64,000 nt of DNA from an uncultured Gemmatimonadaceae bacterium (lineage in GTDB: Bacteria > Gemmatimonadota > Gemmatimonadetes > Gemmatimonadales > Gemmatimonadaceae), in the NCBI GenBank assembly GCA_963817955.1, contig CAWFQK010000004.1:1056001-1120000 (forward strand), read 5' to 3'. The position numbers were made by a program, and so were the translations under genes. This document shows, piece by piece, positions 38,945 through 50,000 of the stretch. The notes beneath the pieces are model-generated. The model ran no database searches. It was not told the origin of the DNA and worked only from the letters and a program-made list of their open reading frames with translations. Every line of letters starts with the position of its first letter. Position 1 is the first letter of the stretch.

Positions 38945-39634
38945 ATGAACACATCGCGAGCACAGCGGCATCTCGTTGCACTGACAGCCCTGGTCGCACT
39001 CGGCGCCTGCAGCGACAATTCGACAAATGAGGTGCTGGCCACACCCACTACCATCTCGATCACGGCGAGCTCGAATGGCCAGACCGGCGTAGTCGGAACC
39101 GCACTGGCGTCGCCGCTCAGCGTCTCCGTCCTGAATCAGCTTGGCCTCCCGATATCGGGCGCCCCCGTGGCGTGGACGGTGGTGGGAAGCCGCGGAACAC
39201 TCAGCAGCCCGACGAGCACATCCGACGCGAACGGTTTGGCGACGGTGAACTTCACGCTCGGCAATACCGCCGGCACCGACTCCGTCATCGCGGTGATCCC
39301 GAACGGCGCCTCGGTCACGCTGACGGCGACGGGGACAGCGGCGTCATTCTCCAGTCTCGTCCTCTTCAGCGGTGACTCGCAGACCGTTGCGGCCGGGACG
39401 GTGACGCAGCCGCTGATGGTGCTTGCCATCGATCAATTCGGCAACGCGGTTGGCGGTGTCCCCATCACGTGGGCCACCACGGGCGGCGGCGTGTTGAGCG
39501 CCACGTCATCGACGACGGACGCATCCGGAATGGCCCGGGTGACACTGACGACGAACTCCACGGCGGGCCCATACACCGTTACAGCTTCGTCGGGCACCGC
39601 CACGCCGATCGTCTTCCACGGATCAGGCACGTAA
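38945..39634 (+). CDS. Lipoprotein with two bacterial Ig-like (Big_1-like) domains
   Basis: AGGAG RBS; LGAC lipobox; TSDANGLATV and TTDASGMARV repeats. Confidence 0.8.
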   Translation: MNTSRAQRHLVALTALVALGACSDNSTNEVLATPTTISITASSNGQTGVVGTALASPLSVSVLNQLGLPISGAPVAWTVVGSRGTLSSPTSTSDANGLATVNFTLGNTAGTDSVIAVIPNGASVTLTATGTAASFSSLVLFSGDSQTVAAGTVTQPLMVLAIDQFGNAVGGVPITWATTGGGVLSATSSTTDASGMARVTLTTNSTAGPYTVTASSGTATPIVFHGSGT

Positions 39635-39670
39635 GCCACCACCGGCTGACACCACATCACGACCTGACAT

Positions 39671-39700
39671 GGAAGAGGCAGACGCCGGTCTGCCTCTTCC
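39671..39700. terminator. Perfect 13-bp hairpin after the Ig-like lipoprotein gene
   Basis: GGAAGAGGCAGAC-gccg-GTCTGCCTCTTCC; no U-tract. Confidence 0.55.
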
Positions 39701-39818
39701 CGTATACGGGAGCCGCGAGATCAGCCGCAGCAGTCGGTGGCGAGCCGAACGTATTCCAGAGTCAGCCGCTGGAGTGGAAACAGACTTGCATGTGCCTGCT
39801 TCGACCCCGAGAGGACAC

Positions 39819-40463
39819 ATGAAGCCGCCAGTGATCGAGCAGGCATTCCGATCGTTCGCCCTGTGGTCCACAGCATGGGACGCCGGGTCCTCCGTGCATC
39901 CGTCCGTCGAGGAGCCCTTGCTCGCGCGTCTCGAGCAGCTCCACCGTTTCAACTACGACTTGTGGAATCAGGAGGACATTGCTCGCCGGACGGACGTCGC
40001 CGATTCGGTGATTCGCCAAGTGAAGCGGGCAATCGATCGTCTCAACCAGCAGCGCAACGACGCGATCGAAGCAGTCGACGAATGGCTCCTGGCAACGTAT
40101 TACAGTGGAGCCGCTGCCACGAATGCCGAGCTGCGCACGGAAACGCCGGGGAGCGTGTTTGACCGGTTGTCCATTCTGTCGCTCAAGATCCTGAGATCGC
40201 GGCAGCAGACCGAGCGAGCCGACGCGGCACCCGCCCATGTCGCGGCATGCCAGCACAGACTCCGGGTGCTCCTGCAGCAGCGCGCTGACCTGCACGCTGC
40301 GTTTCGGCTCCTGGCCACCGAATTGAACGCCGGTGTCGCCCGCATGCGGATATACCGTCAATTAAAAATGTATAACGACCCGGACTTGAATCCGCAGTTG
40401 TATGGCGCCCACGATATGCAGGCCGGCGGTTCCGATCGGATGACACCGGATGCTAGCGCATGA
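39819..40463 (+). CDS. DUF4254 domain protein
   Basis: LWNQEDIAR, IDRLNQQRND, TETPG..DRLSIL, YRQLKMYNDP.LNP.LY. Confidence 0.88.
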   Translation: MKPPVIEQAFRSFALWSTAWDAGSSVHPSVEEPLLARLEQLHRFNYDLWNQEDIARRTDVADSVIRQVKRAIDRLNQQRNDAIEAVDEWLLATYYSGAAATNAELRTETPGSVFDRLSILSLKILRSRQQTERADAAPAHVAACQHRLRVLLQQRADLHAAFRLLATELNAGVARMRIYRQLKMYNDPDLNPQLYGAHDMQAGGSDRMTPDASA

Positions 40464-41563
40464 AGATCTTGCGCACGGCGCTGTGCCGAGTCGAAGAATA
40501 CTCCCGCCAGGGGCTGTTCCGTGCCTTGATGCGTGTGAGTAGCCGGGAGCAGCAGCCAGACGAGGATCTGCTGCGCAACGGGCCGATGCGCGTGTTGTTC
40601 ATTGCCGAGGATGCCATCGGCGACACCATTCTTGCGATACCGGCCATCCGGGCGATCGCCGAATCGCACCCGGACACTGTGGTCGATGTCGTGACATGGG
40701 CTGGTCCGGCCGAGGCGCTCCGGCATGCACCGTTCCTTCGCCGAGTGATTGTCTTTCCGCGCTACGACCGCCGCCGGTTCAATGCGTGGAGCGTCGTTCG
40801 ACGAAATGGACCGTACGACGTGGTCGTCGATGGCATGCTGTTTCGCGGCCACGTGCGCTCGCGCAGCATGGCCATGATGATCGGCAGCGGCGCCAAGTAC
40901 TGGCTCGGCGAGGGCGGTCGTGGCAACGAATACCTGTTGAACGTGGTGCGCCCGGCGGTAGACGATGAGGCACCGCATTTGATGCGCATGCTCAGCCTGG
41001 CGCAGCCATTTCTGTCGCGCCCTCCGGCCTGCCGACCTGAGCTGACCCTGACCGAGGATGAACGACAGGGCGCCCAGAGATCCTGGAGCACCGTTGGGGG
41101 AACACCGCGCATTCTCCTCAACGTGTCGACGAATGGGCCGGATCGCCGCTGGCCGACTGAGCGCTTCGTCGCCGTGGCGCAACACCTCCGGCAACGGTGT
41201 TCCGGCGCCGGCATCATGGTGGTTGGTCTCGATCGCGATCGGGTCGCGATGGACCGCGTCGCGGAAGCGGCCGGCGGCGTACCGCTCGGTTCCACTCTCC
41301 GAGAGCTCATCGCGCTGGTCGCCGGGAGCGACTTGGTCGTGAGCCCGGACACGGCCGTCTGCCACATGGCCTCCGCCTTCCAGCGGCCGCTCGTCTCGAT
41401 CCATATCGCAGGCATGCGCAGGTTCCTGCCGTACGAAACTCCGGGCGTGCGCATCGTCGGCACGTCAACGGTGACACTGGAAGACGTTCCGGCACGCAAG
41501 GTCCTTCGTGCCCTGGACGACGTGCTCCCGCAGATCGTCGGACCAATCGAGCGGCGCGCCTGA
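40460..41563 (+). CDS. Glycosyltransferase family 9 (heptosyltransferase-like)
   Basis: AIGDTIL, RRWP.ERF, VVSPDTAVCHMASA; ATGA coupling to DUF4254. Confidence 0.88.
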   Translation: MKILRTALCRVEEYSRQGLFRALMRVSSREQQPDEDLLRNGPMRVLFIAEDAIGDTILAIPAIRAIAESHPDTVVDVVTWAGPAEALRHAPFLRRVIVFPRYDRRRFNAWSVVRRNGPYDVVVDGMLFRGHVRSRSMAMMIGSGAKYWLGEGGRGNEYLLNVVRPAVDDEAPHLMRMLSLAQPFLSRPPACRPELTLTEDERQGAQRSWSTVGGTPRILLNVSTNGPDRRWPTERFVAVAQHLRQRCSGAGIMVVGLDRDRVAMDRVAEAAGGVPLGSTLRELIALVAGSDLVVSPDTAVCHMASAFQRPLVSIHIAGMRRFLPYETPGVRIVGTSTVTLEDVPARKVLRALDDVLPQIVGPIERRA

Positions 41564-41593
41564 TACTGCGTGCGGCGCCGGCGCCGACGCCGT

Positions 41594-42774
41594 TCAGTTG
41601 GCGATGTGAGGATCGACCGGCAGCCAGAGCGTGAACGTGCTTCCCATCCCCGGCGTGCTCTTGAACGTGATCACCGCACCGAGGGCGCGTGCCATTCGCT
41701 GGCTGATCGCCAGTCCGATGCCCGATCCCTCCACCGCATTGGGCGCAAAGCGCGTGAACTCGCGAAAGAGCAAGTTCTGCTTGTCCAACGGAATGCCTGG
41801 TCCGTTGTCGTCAACGGCGAGCGCCACCCATCGCCCGGGCCGCGGGACGTCGCCCTCGTCAACGGTACGCGCCCACACCGTGATGCTTCCCTCCGGCTGC
41901 GTGTACTTCACCGCGTTGGAGATCAGGTTCGCGAGAATCTGGCGCACGCGTGCGCGATCCGACTCGATGACGAGCGAGTCGTCTCCGCTCGGGAGCACCA
42001 CGCCGAGGTAGAGGCACTTCGCGTTTGCCGCGGCCCGAAACTCTTCGACGGCTTCGCGGGTGACGGCGCCAAGGTCCACGCGCCCTCGCTCGATCGTCAG
42101 TTGTCCCGCCTCCGCACGCTCGATCTCCAGGAGCTGCGACACGAGGTCGAGGGCCGTGCGAATGGACCGTCGTGCATGCTCCACGCTCTTCGTCTGCATC
42201 GCGGACATGTCGCCGAAGATGCCCTCCTCGAGAAGCGAGAGATAGCCGTCCGCGGCGCCGAGCGGGTTCTTTACATCGTGCGTGAAGCCGCGAATGAGCC
42301 GCTCGTGGCTCTCGACGATCTGTTTGCGCTCGGTGACGTCTTCAATGACGCTGGCGATGCGGTAGATATCGCCGTTCGCGTCGCGCACCGGAAAACCACG
42401 GCACCACACCCAGCGCAGCTCGCCGGTGGGGCGCACGACGCGGAACTCCAAGTCATACTCCCCCCGCGGATGCAGGAAGAGAGCATGGCGAACCCGCTCG
42501 CGGTCCTCCAGGTGTACGCTCTCGAGGAACACCATCGGATTCGTGTACAGCTCCTCGCGCGACCGACCCCAGATCTGCTCATACGCCGCATTCACGTAGA
42601 ACACCTGCGCGCCACTCTCGTCACTGAGCGAGACAATGTCATGGAGCGCCTCCAGGATTTGCCGGAACCGCTCCTCGCTCTCGAAGCCCCCCCTCCCCGC
42701 GCCCCGCTGCCGCGCACTGCCTCCGACATCTTCGGCAGCCGCTGTGACACGCGTCGGGAACCTCGAGCAGTCAT
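41594..42774 (-). pseudogene. PAS sensor histidine kinase split by a frameshift, probably at a G7 run (or a sequencing error)
   Basis: ATG 42774 with AGGAG RBS is out of frame with ESEERFRQ-PAS-THDVKNPL-NAVKY-GSGIGL; one extra G at 42687-42693 would join them. Confidence 0.72.
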
Positions 42775-42987
42775 GACGATCTCCTGTCGTGCTGACTCAC
42801 ACAACAGTGCCGTTACGCCACCGCGATGTCTGTGAGGCAACGTTCAACTCGACGTCCAACATTCCCTGAAGGTTTCCGAATGGCAGTCTCGGCCTCTGGT
42901 CACCCGCTGGTCGCGAACCGGGCACGGCCGCGAGCCCCGAAACGGCCTGGTCGCTTAGATTCGAGTCAATCCTACGCCAAGGCACTC

Positions 42988-45444
42988 ATGCGCCCGTTTG
43001 TTTCCGGTCTCGCCGCGCTCGTCCTTGCTGCGCCTGCGTTCGCGCGCGCGCAGCAAACCGGCAACCCCAATCTCGAGCGTATCACCAACGACGCTTATAC
43101 GCGCTCGCACGACTACGACCTCGTGCACCAGCGCATCAGCGTCCGCGACTTCAACTGGGATTCCCTCTCGTTTACCGGACGCGTGGCCACGACGCTCATC
43201 GCGCGCCGCCCAGGGCTCGACTCCGTGGTGCTCGACGCGGGAGCGCGGCTCGCCATTCGATCGGTCACGTCCGGCGCGCGCGCCGCGCTGCGCACCGGAC
43301 GGCACGGCGACACGCTCGTGGTGTACCTCGCCAGGCCCACGGGGTTCGGCGACACGGTGCGCTTCACCATCGACTACGACGCGCGCATCACGAACGGCCT
43401 CGGACTCACGTTCATCGACACTCGGCCGCAGACGCCTCGCCAGATCTGGAGCCAGGGCGAGGACATGAACAACCATTTCTGGTTCCCCACATACGATTTC
43501 CCGAACGACAAGATGACGTGGGAACTCGACGCCACGGTGCCGGCGGGATTCACGGCGATATCGAACGGCGCCCTCGCGGGTGATACGCCGGAGCCGGGGG
43601 CCGGCGGAGCGCACACGTTGCACTGGGACCAGCGAACACCGAGCGCGACGTACCTCGTGTCGCTCGTCGTCGCGCCCCTCGCGAAAGTGCACGACACCTG
43701 GCACGGCATTCCGGTCGACTACTACGTCTACCGCCAGGATAGTGCGCTCGCCCGCCCGCTGTTCCGCGTGACGCCCGACATGATCGACGTCTATTCGCGT
43801 CTCACCGGCATTCCCTACCCCTGGCAGAAGTACGCGCAGACCACCGTCGCTGACTTCTTTGGCGGCATGGAGAACGTGAGCGCCACGACACTCGTCGATT
43901 GGCTTCCCGACGCCGCCGCGTACCCGGACCGTCCGTGGTATCAGTATATCCTCATTCCTCACGAACTGGCGCACCAGTGGTTTGGCGACTACGTGACGAC
44001 GGAGAATTGGGCCAACACCTGGCTCAACGAAGGCTTCGCCGAGTTCATGCCCGGGCAGTATTGGTCGCAGAAGCTGGGGGCGCGCGCGGAACAGGACTAT
44101 TACGCGGACGAATACCGGCAGTTCATGGGGATCGAGGCGAGACGTCCCATGCCGCTCGCGTCGATGGGATCGAACAACATCTATCCCAAAGGAGCGCTCG
44201 TCCTCGAGATGCTGAAGCAGTTCGTCGGCGACGCACCCTTCTGGGCGGGCGTGCACCGGTACCTGGTCGATCATGCCTTGGGCGGGGCAACGACGGATGA
44301 CCTGCGGCAGGCATTCCTCAGTGCCACGGGCCAGAATCTCGACTGGTTCTGGCGCGAATGGATGTACAGCGCGGGATACCCCGCGTTCACGGTCACGTCG
44401 TCCTATGACGCAGCCGCGCGCCGCCTGACGCTCGTTGCGCGGCAGACGCAGCGCGACTCGCTCCACGCCGACAGTACCGGCATGCGCTACCCCATTCCTG
44501 AAACGTTCGTCATGCCGGTGACGATCCGCGTCGGCACGAGCGCCGGTGATGTCGTGCAGCAGACGTGGATCCGTCAGCGCGATGATACCATCATCGTCGA
44601 TGGAGTGACCTCCGCGCCAACGATGGTCGTATTCGACGACAGCAATCACATCCTCAAGTCTTTGGATTTCGAGCAGCCAACGGCGTGGCTCGCCACGCAA
44701 CTCGCGCGCGACGCTGATCTGTGGAACCGCAACTGGGTCATCGGCCAGCTGGCCACTCGGAAGAGCGACGTCGCCGCCGCTGCAGCCGTGGCGAGCGCCG
44801 CAACGAGCGCGGACTACTTCGAGACGCGCGCCGTCGCGACGCAGGCACTCGCGGGCTTTCCGCAAGCCATCGTCCTTCCCGCCCTCGAGCGAGCGCTTGC
44901 CGACACGTCCGCGCAGGTGCGCACAGCCGCCGCCAGCGTGTTGGGCAGCGTCGGCGGTGCGCACGCCAGCAATCTCGCGCGAACGGCATGGAGCAAGGAT
45001 CGCAGCTATGAGGTGCGGGCATCAGCGCTCGCGTCATTGCTGCAGCTCGACACGGCGGCGCGGCGCGCGCTCATCGCGCAAGGCCTCGCGACACGCTCGT
45101 ATCGCGATGCCATTCAGAACGCAGCACTGCTGGGGATCGCGCGGAGCAACGATACGACTTTCATAGGTGACATACAGCGCCTGGTGGGCGATCAGTCGTT
45201 GCCCACACGCGTCCTCGCCGTCTTCAGCGCCCGCGGAAACGAACACGCGCTCAGCGCGCTCACTGCAGATCTCGACGACACTCGTTCGTGGGTACGTGGG
45301 TGGGCGCTCGCGGCGCTCGGCACCATCGAGCCGGGCCGGCGGCTGGCGCTCCTGCAAGACGTGGAGCCGCGACTCACGCACGCCGATACGCGAGCGGCGG
45401 TGCAGCGGGCGATCGAACAGCTAACAAAACGCCCGACGCGTTGA
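42988..45444 (+). CDS. M1 family aminopeptidase with C-terminal HEAT repeats
   Basis: Signal peptide; GGMEN, HELAH...NEGFAE, IYPKG. Confidence 0.92.
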   Translation: MRPFVSGLAALVLAAPAFARAQQTGNPNLERITNDAYTRSHDYDLVHQRISVRDFNWDSLSFTGRVATTLIARRPGLDSVVLDAGARLAIRSVTSGARAALRTGRHGDTLVVYLARPTGFGDTVRFTIDYDARITNGLGLTFIDTRPQTPRQIWSQGEDMNNHFWFPTYDFPNDKMTWELDATVPAGFTAISNGALAGDTPEPGAGGAHTLHWDQRTPSATYLVSLVVAPLAKVHDTWHGIPVDYYVYRQDSALARPLFRVTPDMIDVYSRLTGIPYPWQKYAQTTVADFFGGMENVSATTLVDWLPDAAAYPDRPWYQYILIPHELAHQWFGDYVTTENWANTWLNEGFAEFMPGQYWSQKLGARAEQDYYADEYRQFMGIEARRPMPLASMGSNNIYPKGALVLEMLKQFVGDAPFWAGVHRYLVDHALGGATTDDLRQAFLSATGQNLDWFWREWMYSAGYPAFTVTSSYDAAARRLTLVARQTQRDSLHADSTGMRYPIPETFVMPVTIRVGTSAGDVVQQTWIRQRDDTIIVDGVTSAPTMVVFDDSNHILKSLDFEQPTAWLATQLARDADLWNRNWVIGQLATRKSDVAAAAAVASAATSADYFETRAVATQALAGFPQAIVLPALERALADTSAQVRTAAASVLGSVGGAHASNLARTAWSKDRSYEVRASALASLLQLDTAARRALIAQGLATRSYRDAIQNAALLGIARSNDTTFIGDIQRLVGDQSLPTRVLAVFSARGNEHALSALTADLDDTRSWVRGWALAALGTIEPGRRLALLQDVEPRLTHADTRAAVQRAIEQLTKRPTR

Positions 45445-45482
45445 TGCGTCAGGCGTAGCAGGTCGAGGGACACGAGTACGGA

Positions 45483-46109
45483 TCACGCGCGGTAGGGCGA
45501 TTCCTCATCGTCATCTGCCGCGCCCCACCGTACGCGCTCCTTCGGCGCATCCGGCACCGGCACTGGGTCCCGCACGAGCGGCCGTGCAAGATCCAGCAAG
45601 CCGACGCTCAGATGCGCGCCGTACTTGAGCAGATTGGCCGCGCGGCTCTTGACCGCGAGCAGGAACGCAAGCGGCGCCTTGTCGCGTTTTGCCGCGTTGC
45701 ATGCAGAGCAAGACAGCACGAGGTTATCGCGGCGATCGAAGGCAGTCTGTCCACGGCGCGGCGCGACGTGATCCAGCGTCATGACCCGGGGAGAGAACTT
45801 GACGCCACAGTAGGCACAGTGCGGTCCGTAGTGCTTCAACAGCCATGCGCGCGTGTCGACCTGCGCGGCTCTGCTGGTGGAATGCGACGTCAACTCGTGC
45901 TGTGTCGCTCCTGCGCCCCGCTTGCGACCGCGACCTCGCGTGGCCGGCCGTCCGCCGGCGGCCTTGGCGACCGTCTTGGGCTTGGAGTGAGACGTCCCCC
46001 CCGTGTGCGACCGAGCTGGGGACGCCGCTGGAGTGGCCGGATGATGGCGTCGCGTCGGCCCGGTTACCGGGGTCTTTCGATACGGTGATTCTTCTCGGCT
46101 GTTTGGCAT
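45483..46109 (-). CDS. HNH endonuclease with basic disordered N-terminus
   Basis: CAYC, TLDHV.P, NLVLSCSACNAAK. Confidence 0.88.
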   Translation of the reverse strand: MPNSREESPYRKTPVTGPTRRHHPATPAASPARSHTGGTSHSKPKTVAKAAGGRPATRGRGRKRGAGATQHELTSHSTSRAAQVDTRAWLLKHYGPHCAYCGVKFSPRVMTLDHVAPRRGQTAFDRRDNLVLSCSACNAAKRDKAPLAFLLAVKSRAANLLKYGAHLSVGLLDLARPLVRDPVPVPDAPKERVRWGAADDDEESPYRA

Positions 46110-46255
46110 GACTGACGGAAGTCTAACATCGGGACCCGTTCGGTGTCGGATCTGAGGCACCACGGACCGTGCCTTGCATGCGTTCGGTGCGCCCGGTGCG
46201 CCCGGCCCGTGGAACGCGCCGAGGGTCGCCCAATTCCTCGCTGGAGGATGCGCCG

Positions 46256-46963
46256 ATGTCGGTCGTACACCTGCGCTTGCTCGCTTTGGTGTTGCCGGTC
46301 GCCGCCGCTGCCGCAATTGCGGCCTGTGATGTCCGGCTAGGCGTCATCACCGGACTCGCAACGGACACCACTGCCACCGTGCGCTTCAACAACGCCACGA
46401 ACACTGCGATCGACGTGGTGAATGACGGAACCATCACAGCGGGAAACGGAAATCTGGGCTTCGGCGCGAACTCCTCGTGCATGACCGTCAGCACCACGGC
46501 CGGCAACAGCCTCCTATTCCAGCAGGCGGGTACGTTTACGGCCATTCCGGGCTTTGCGCAGAATTTCGCGCCGGGCGGCAACTATACCGTCATCGCATTC
46601 CAGACAGCGATCGGCGCCACGCAGTTCGCAACTCTGAGCAACAGCTTTACGCCAGCGGGGGGGCAGGCTGGCGTGCGCATCTTCAACGCCGCGCCGGGCG
46701 CCGGCAGTCTCGACGCATATGTCACAGCACCCGGCGCCGCGCTCGGAACGGCCAGCGCCACAGCGATCAGTTTCGGAACTGCCTCGAGCTTCTTTGGCGT
46801 GAACTCCGGTGGACAGGAGCTACGGCTGACGAATGCCGGAACCCAAACCGTCGTACTCGACGCCGGGACCCTGATCTTTACGGGCGGGCTGAATTCCACG
46901 GTCATCGTCGCGCCGGCTACAGGCACTAGCGCACTGCAGGCATTCTCGATTCCCGCCTGCTGA
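46256..46963 (+). CDS. Lipoprotein with DUF4397-like domains
   Basis: GGAGG RBS; IAAC lipobox; VRFNNA and VRIFNAAPGAGSLDAYV. Confidence 0.78.
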   Translation: MSVVHLRLLALVLPVAAAAAIAACDVRLGVITGLATDTTATVRFNNATNTAIDVVNDGTITAGNGNLGFGANSSCMTVSTTAGNSLLFQQAGTFTAIPGFAQNFAPGGNYTVIAFQTAIGATQFATLSNSFTPAGGQAGVRIFNAAPGAGSLDAYVTAPGAALGTASATAISFGTASSFFGVNSGGQELRLTNAGTQTVVLDAGTLIFTGGLNSTVIVAPATGTSALQAFSIPAC

Positions 46964-47010
46964 GCGGCTGGGGGTGTACCGGCGCGCACGATTGCAAATG
47001 GGTCCGCGCA

Positions 47011-50000
47011 TTACATGGACGATCCAGCTGCCCTCCGCCCCGCTCGCGGTTCTCCAAGCCACCGTGCAACGACCCCGAGCAACTGGCGGGCGACAAACGG
47101 CTTATCCAGGAATTCTACGTTATTCCAATCCCGCCTATCGGCGCTCAATGCGTCGTGACTGTTGGACGTAGTGAGTACCACCGGAATCTCGAGTTCGACG
47201 CTGTCGAGCCAGGCAAGTAGCGCTTTCCCGCCAAGGCGCGGCATCGTCACGTCGCTGATGATGAGATCCACGGTGTCCGCGGCGCTGCCGATTAGGTCTC
47301 GGACCTCGTCGCCCGTGGCGCACGCGCACACATCATATCCGTTATCCCGGAGAATGCGCTCCATGATGCCGCGCAGCATGGGATTCTGCTCGGCAACAAC
47401 AATTCGCAAACGTGTACTCTCGCCAGCAAGAGACGCGGGCGACGACAGTGCTGCCTCGGCGTCGTCCGCCGGCGCGGCAACTGGCGCGGCCACCGGCGCT
47501 GCACCAAGAATGGGCAATAGAATGCGAAACGTCGTTCCGCGGCCGACGGTACTCTCGACGTCGATGACCCCATTCAGCTGGCTGACGATGCCGTGAACCG
47601 TGGACAGGCCCAGCCCCGTGCCCTCCCCCTTTCCCTTGGTCGTGAAAAAGGGCTCGTAGATCTTGCTCAGGATTTCTGGTGGTATGCCTGCACCCTCGTC
47701 GGCCACTTCCAACTCGATGAACTTTCCGGCTTCCACGAACATTCCACCCACGCGAGTCCGTTCGACAAGCTCGCGCTCGCGCACAGTGACTCGCAGTTCG
47801 CCGCCGTTCGGCATCGCGTCGCGCGCGTTGACCGCGAGATTGACCACCACTTGCTGCAGCTGCCCTTCGTCGGCCAGCACCATCGGGTGCTCCACTGCAC
47901 ATGCAACCGTGATACGAACACGCTCCCCGACGATCGGCTGGAGCATGCGCTGTAAGTCCCGCACGACGAACCCGACGTCAATCGGCTGGAGGTGGAACAC
48001 CTGCCGCCGACCGAACGCCAGCAACTGGCGCGTCAACTTGGCGGCGCGGTCGGCGGTAGCGAGGATCTCCGCGGTGAAGCTCTTGAGCTGCGAATCGTTG
48101 GCTGAAAGGCCATCCATCACGAAGCGACCGTACCCCATCACCGCGGTCAGCATGTTGTTGAAGTCGTGCGCAATGCCGCCGGCAAGTTGCCCAATGGCCT
48201 CCATCTTCAATGCATGGCGCAGCTGTGCGGTGAGCTCACGCACATCGGTGACGTCGGTCGTTACTTCGAACGTACTCTGTCCGTCCTCCGTCTCGAGCGG
48301 AAAATAGCTTGCGACCACGGTGCGCGTACGCCCGTGAGAATCCACAAGCGAATTCTCGCACGCTGCCAGATCGCCATTGCGGGCGCGTTGAAGCCCCTCG
48401 AGCGCAACGCCCGCGGAGCCAATCCCAATGACATCGACCAGCGGACGGCCGAGGATTTCGACGTCCATCTTGCCGAGGAACTCGCGATAGGCGCGATTCA
48501 CAAAGACGTACCGCCCGTCTGCATCGAGCTGGCCTACGAGAACCGGCATTCCCTCGAGGAGCGTGCGATTCCGCATCGCCTCGGCGTGGAAGTGGCGTTC
48601 CGCATTCACCTCCTCTGTCCGATCCAGCAGGAGCGCGACGACGCCATCCACGACGCCGTGCTCGTCACGGAGCGGAACAGCCGACAGCTCGATCTCGCGC
48701 ACCTGACCATCCTTACGCGGACGCTGTCCGCGCAACCGGCTCACCGACGTGCCCGTCGCGGTGAGCGTATCGATCCCCCGCCGAATCTTGTCCCCGACGT
48801 CGCCGTCCCACGGCAGCGCGCCATCGACCAGCTCACCCTCCTGCCAGCCAAAGATCTCTTCAGCCGCCGGGTTCCATGTCTGGACCCGGTGCGCTCGATC
48901 GAGCGTGACTATGGCCACCGGCGCATCACGAATGATCGCCGAGAGAAGTTGCGATGTCCGGCGCACTTCCTCGTACGCTCGCATCTGCGTCGTCAGATCG
49001 AGAACGGAGTAGATGATCCGTCGCGCCTTGATTCCCGACCGCTGTGCCGCGGACACTGTGAGGACGGCCCACACCACCCCACCATCCTTGCGAATGTATC
49101 GCTTGGTGATCGAGTATCGCCGAATCACGCCCGAGCACAGTTGCTTGATCCGGTCGGCGTCATCCTCGATGTCGTCCGGATGTGTGAAGTCACGAAAGTT
49201 GAGCCGCTGCAGTTCGGCGCGTGTGTAGCCGAGGAACTCGCAGAGCTGCTCGTTCACCCAGAGCCATTCCCCGCTCTCGGTTCCGTGGGCCAGCCCAATT
49301 CCGACGTTCTCGAATGTCACCCGGTAGCGTTCTTCGCGCTCAGAGACCTCTTCTTCCGCGAGCCGTCGCCGACGAAGCTCCCACGTCAGGAGAGCGATGA
49401 CGACACCGCCAATGAGCACCGTCAGGGCGATTGCCGCGATGCTGAGCGCCAGTGTTTCCAGAAAGCGCTGGCGACCACGGTCAGCGTTGATGTCAAGGAC
49501 GGCAAGTCCCCGGTCCGCCACGGCTTGCTTCAGATCGTCGAATGTGTCTCGTTGTGCCGTCACCAGCGGCCGCATCAGACGTGCGCGCCCGACATCGGCG
49601 TGCCCGGTGCCGATAAGTTCGCGTGCCTCCTGGATCGCGTCGAACCGTGCGTGGACCAGGCGCTCAATGGAATCGAGCACCGGCCCTTCCGACGCCAGCG
49701 TACCGGTCATTCGCCTGGCTTCGCGCAAATTCGCATAAGCCCGGCTCTCGTCGGCGGCAATCGTCCCCGCCGCCACCGTATCAGCCTGTCGGTCACCCGG
49801 CAGCAGCACGGCCATCTCGGCCCGCATGACCGTGTGGGAGAGACTTTCCAACTGCGCCAGCGCGGTCTGCAATTCCGCTCGCAGTTCGACGATGGCAAGA
49901 AAGGAGCGCAGTCGCTGCGTCGCCACGATCGCGCTCGCAAGCGTGAGGACGAAGCCGGCAGCCGCAATGACGACCAGGGCGAAATGTACGCGCCGGGCGC

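Noticed and set aside
42955..44964. Long antisense ORFs (also 23398..25299, 48166..50049, 4168..5577)
   Set aside because: Shadow frames of real genes in high-GC DNA; no motifs.
45483..46109. HNH protein as IscB/Cas9-like RNA-guided nuclease
   Set aside because: Only 208 aa, with no RuvC or PLMP motifs and little room for an associated RNA.
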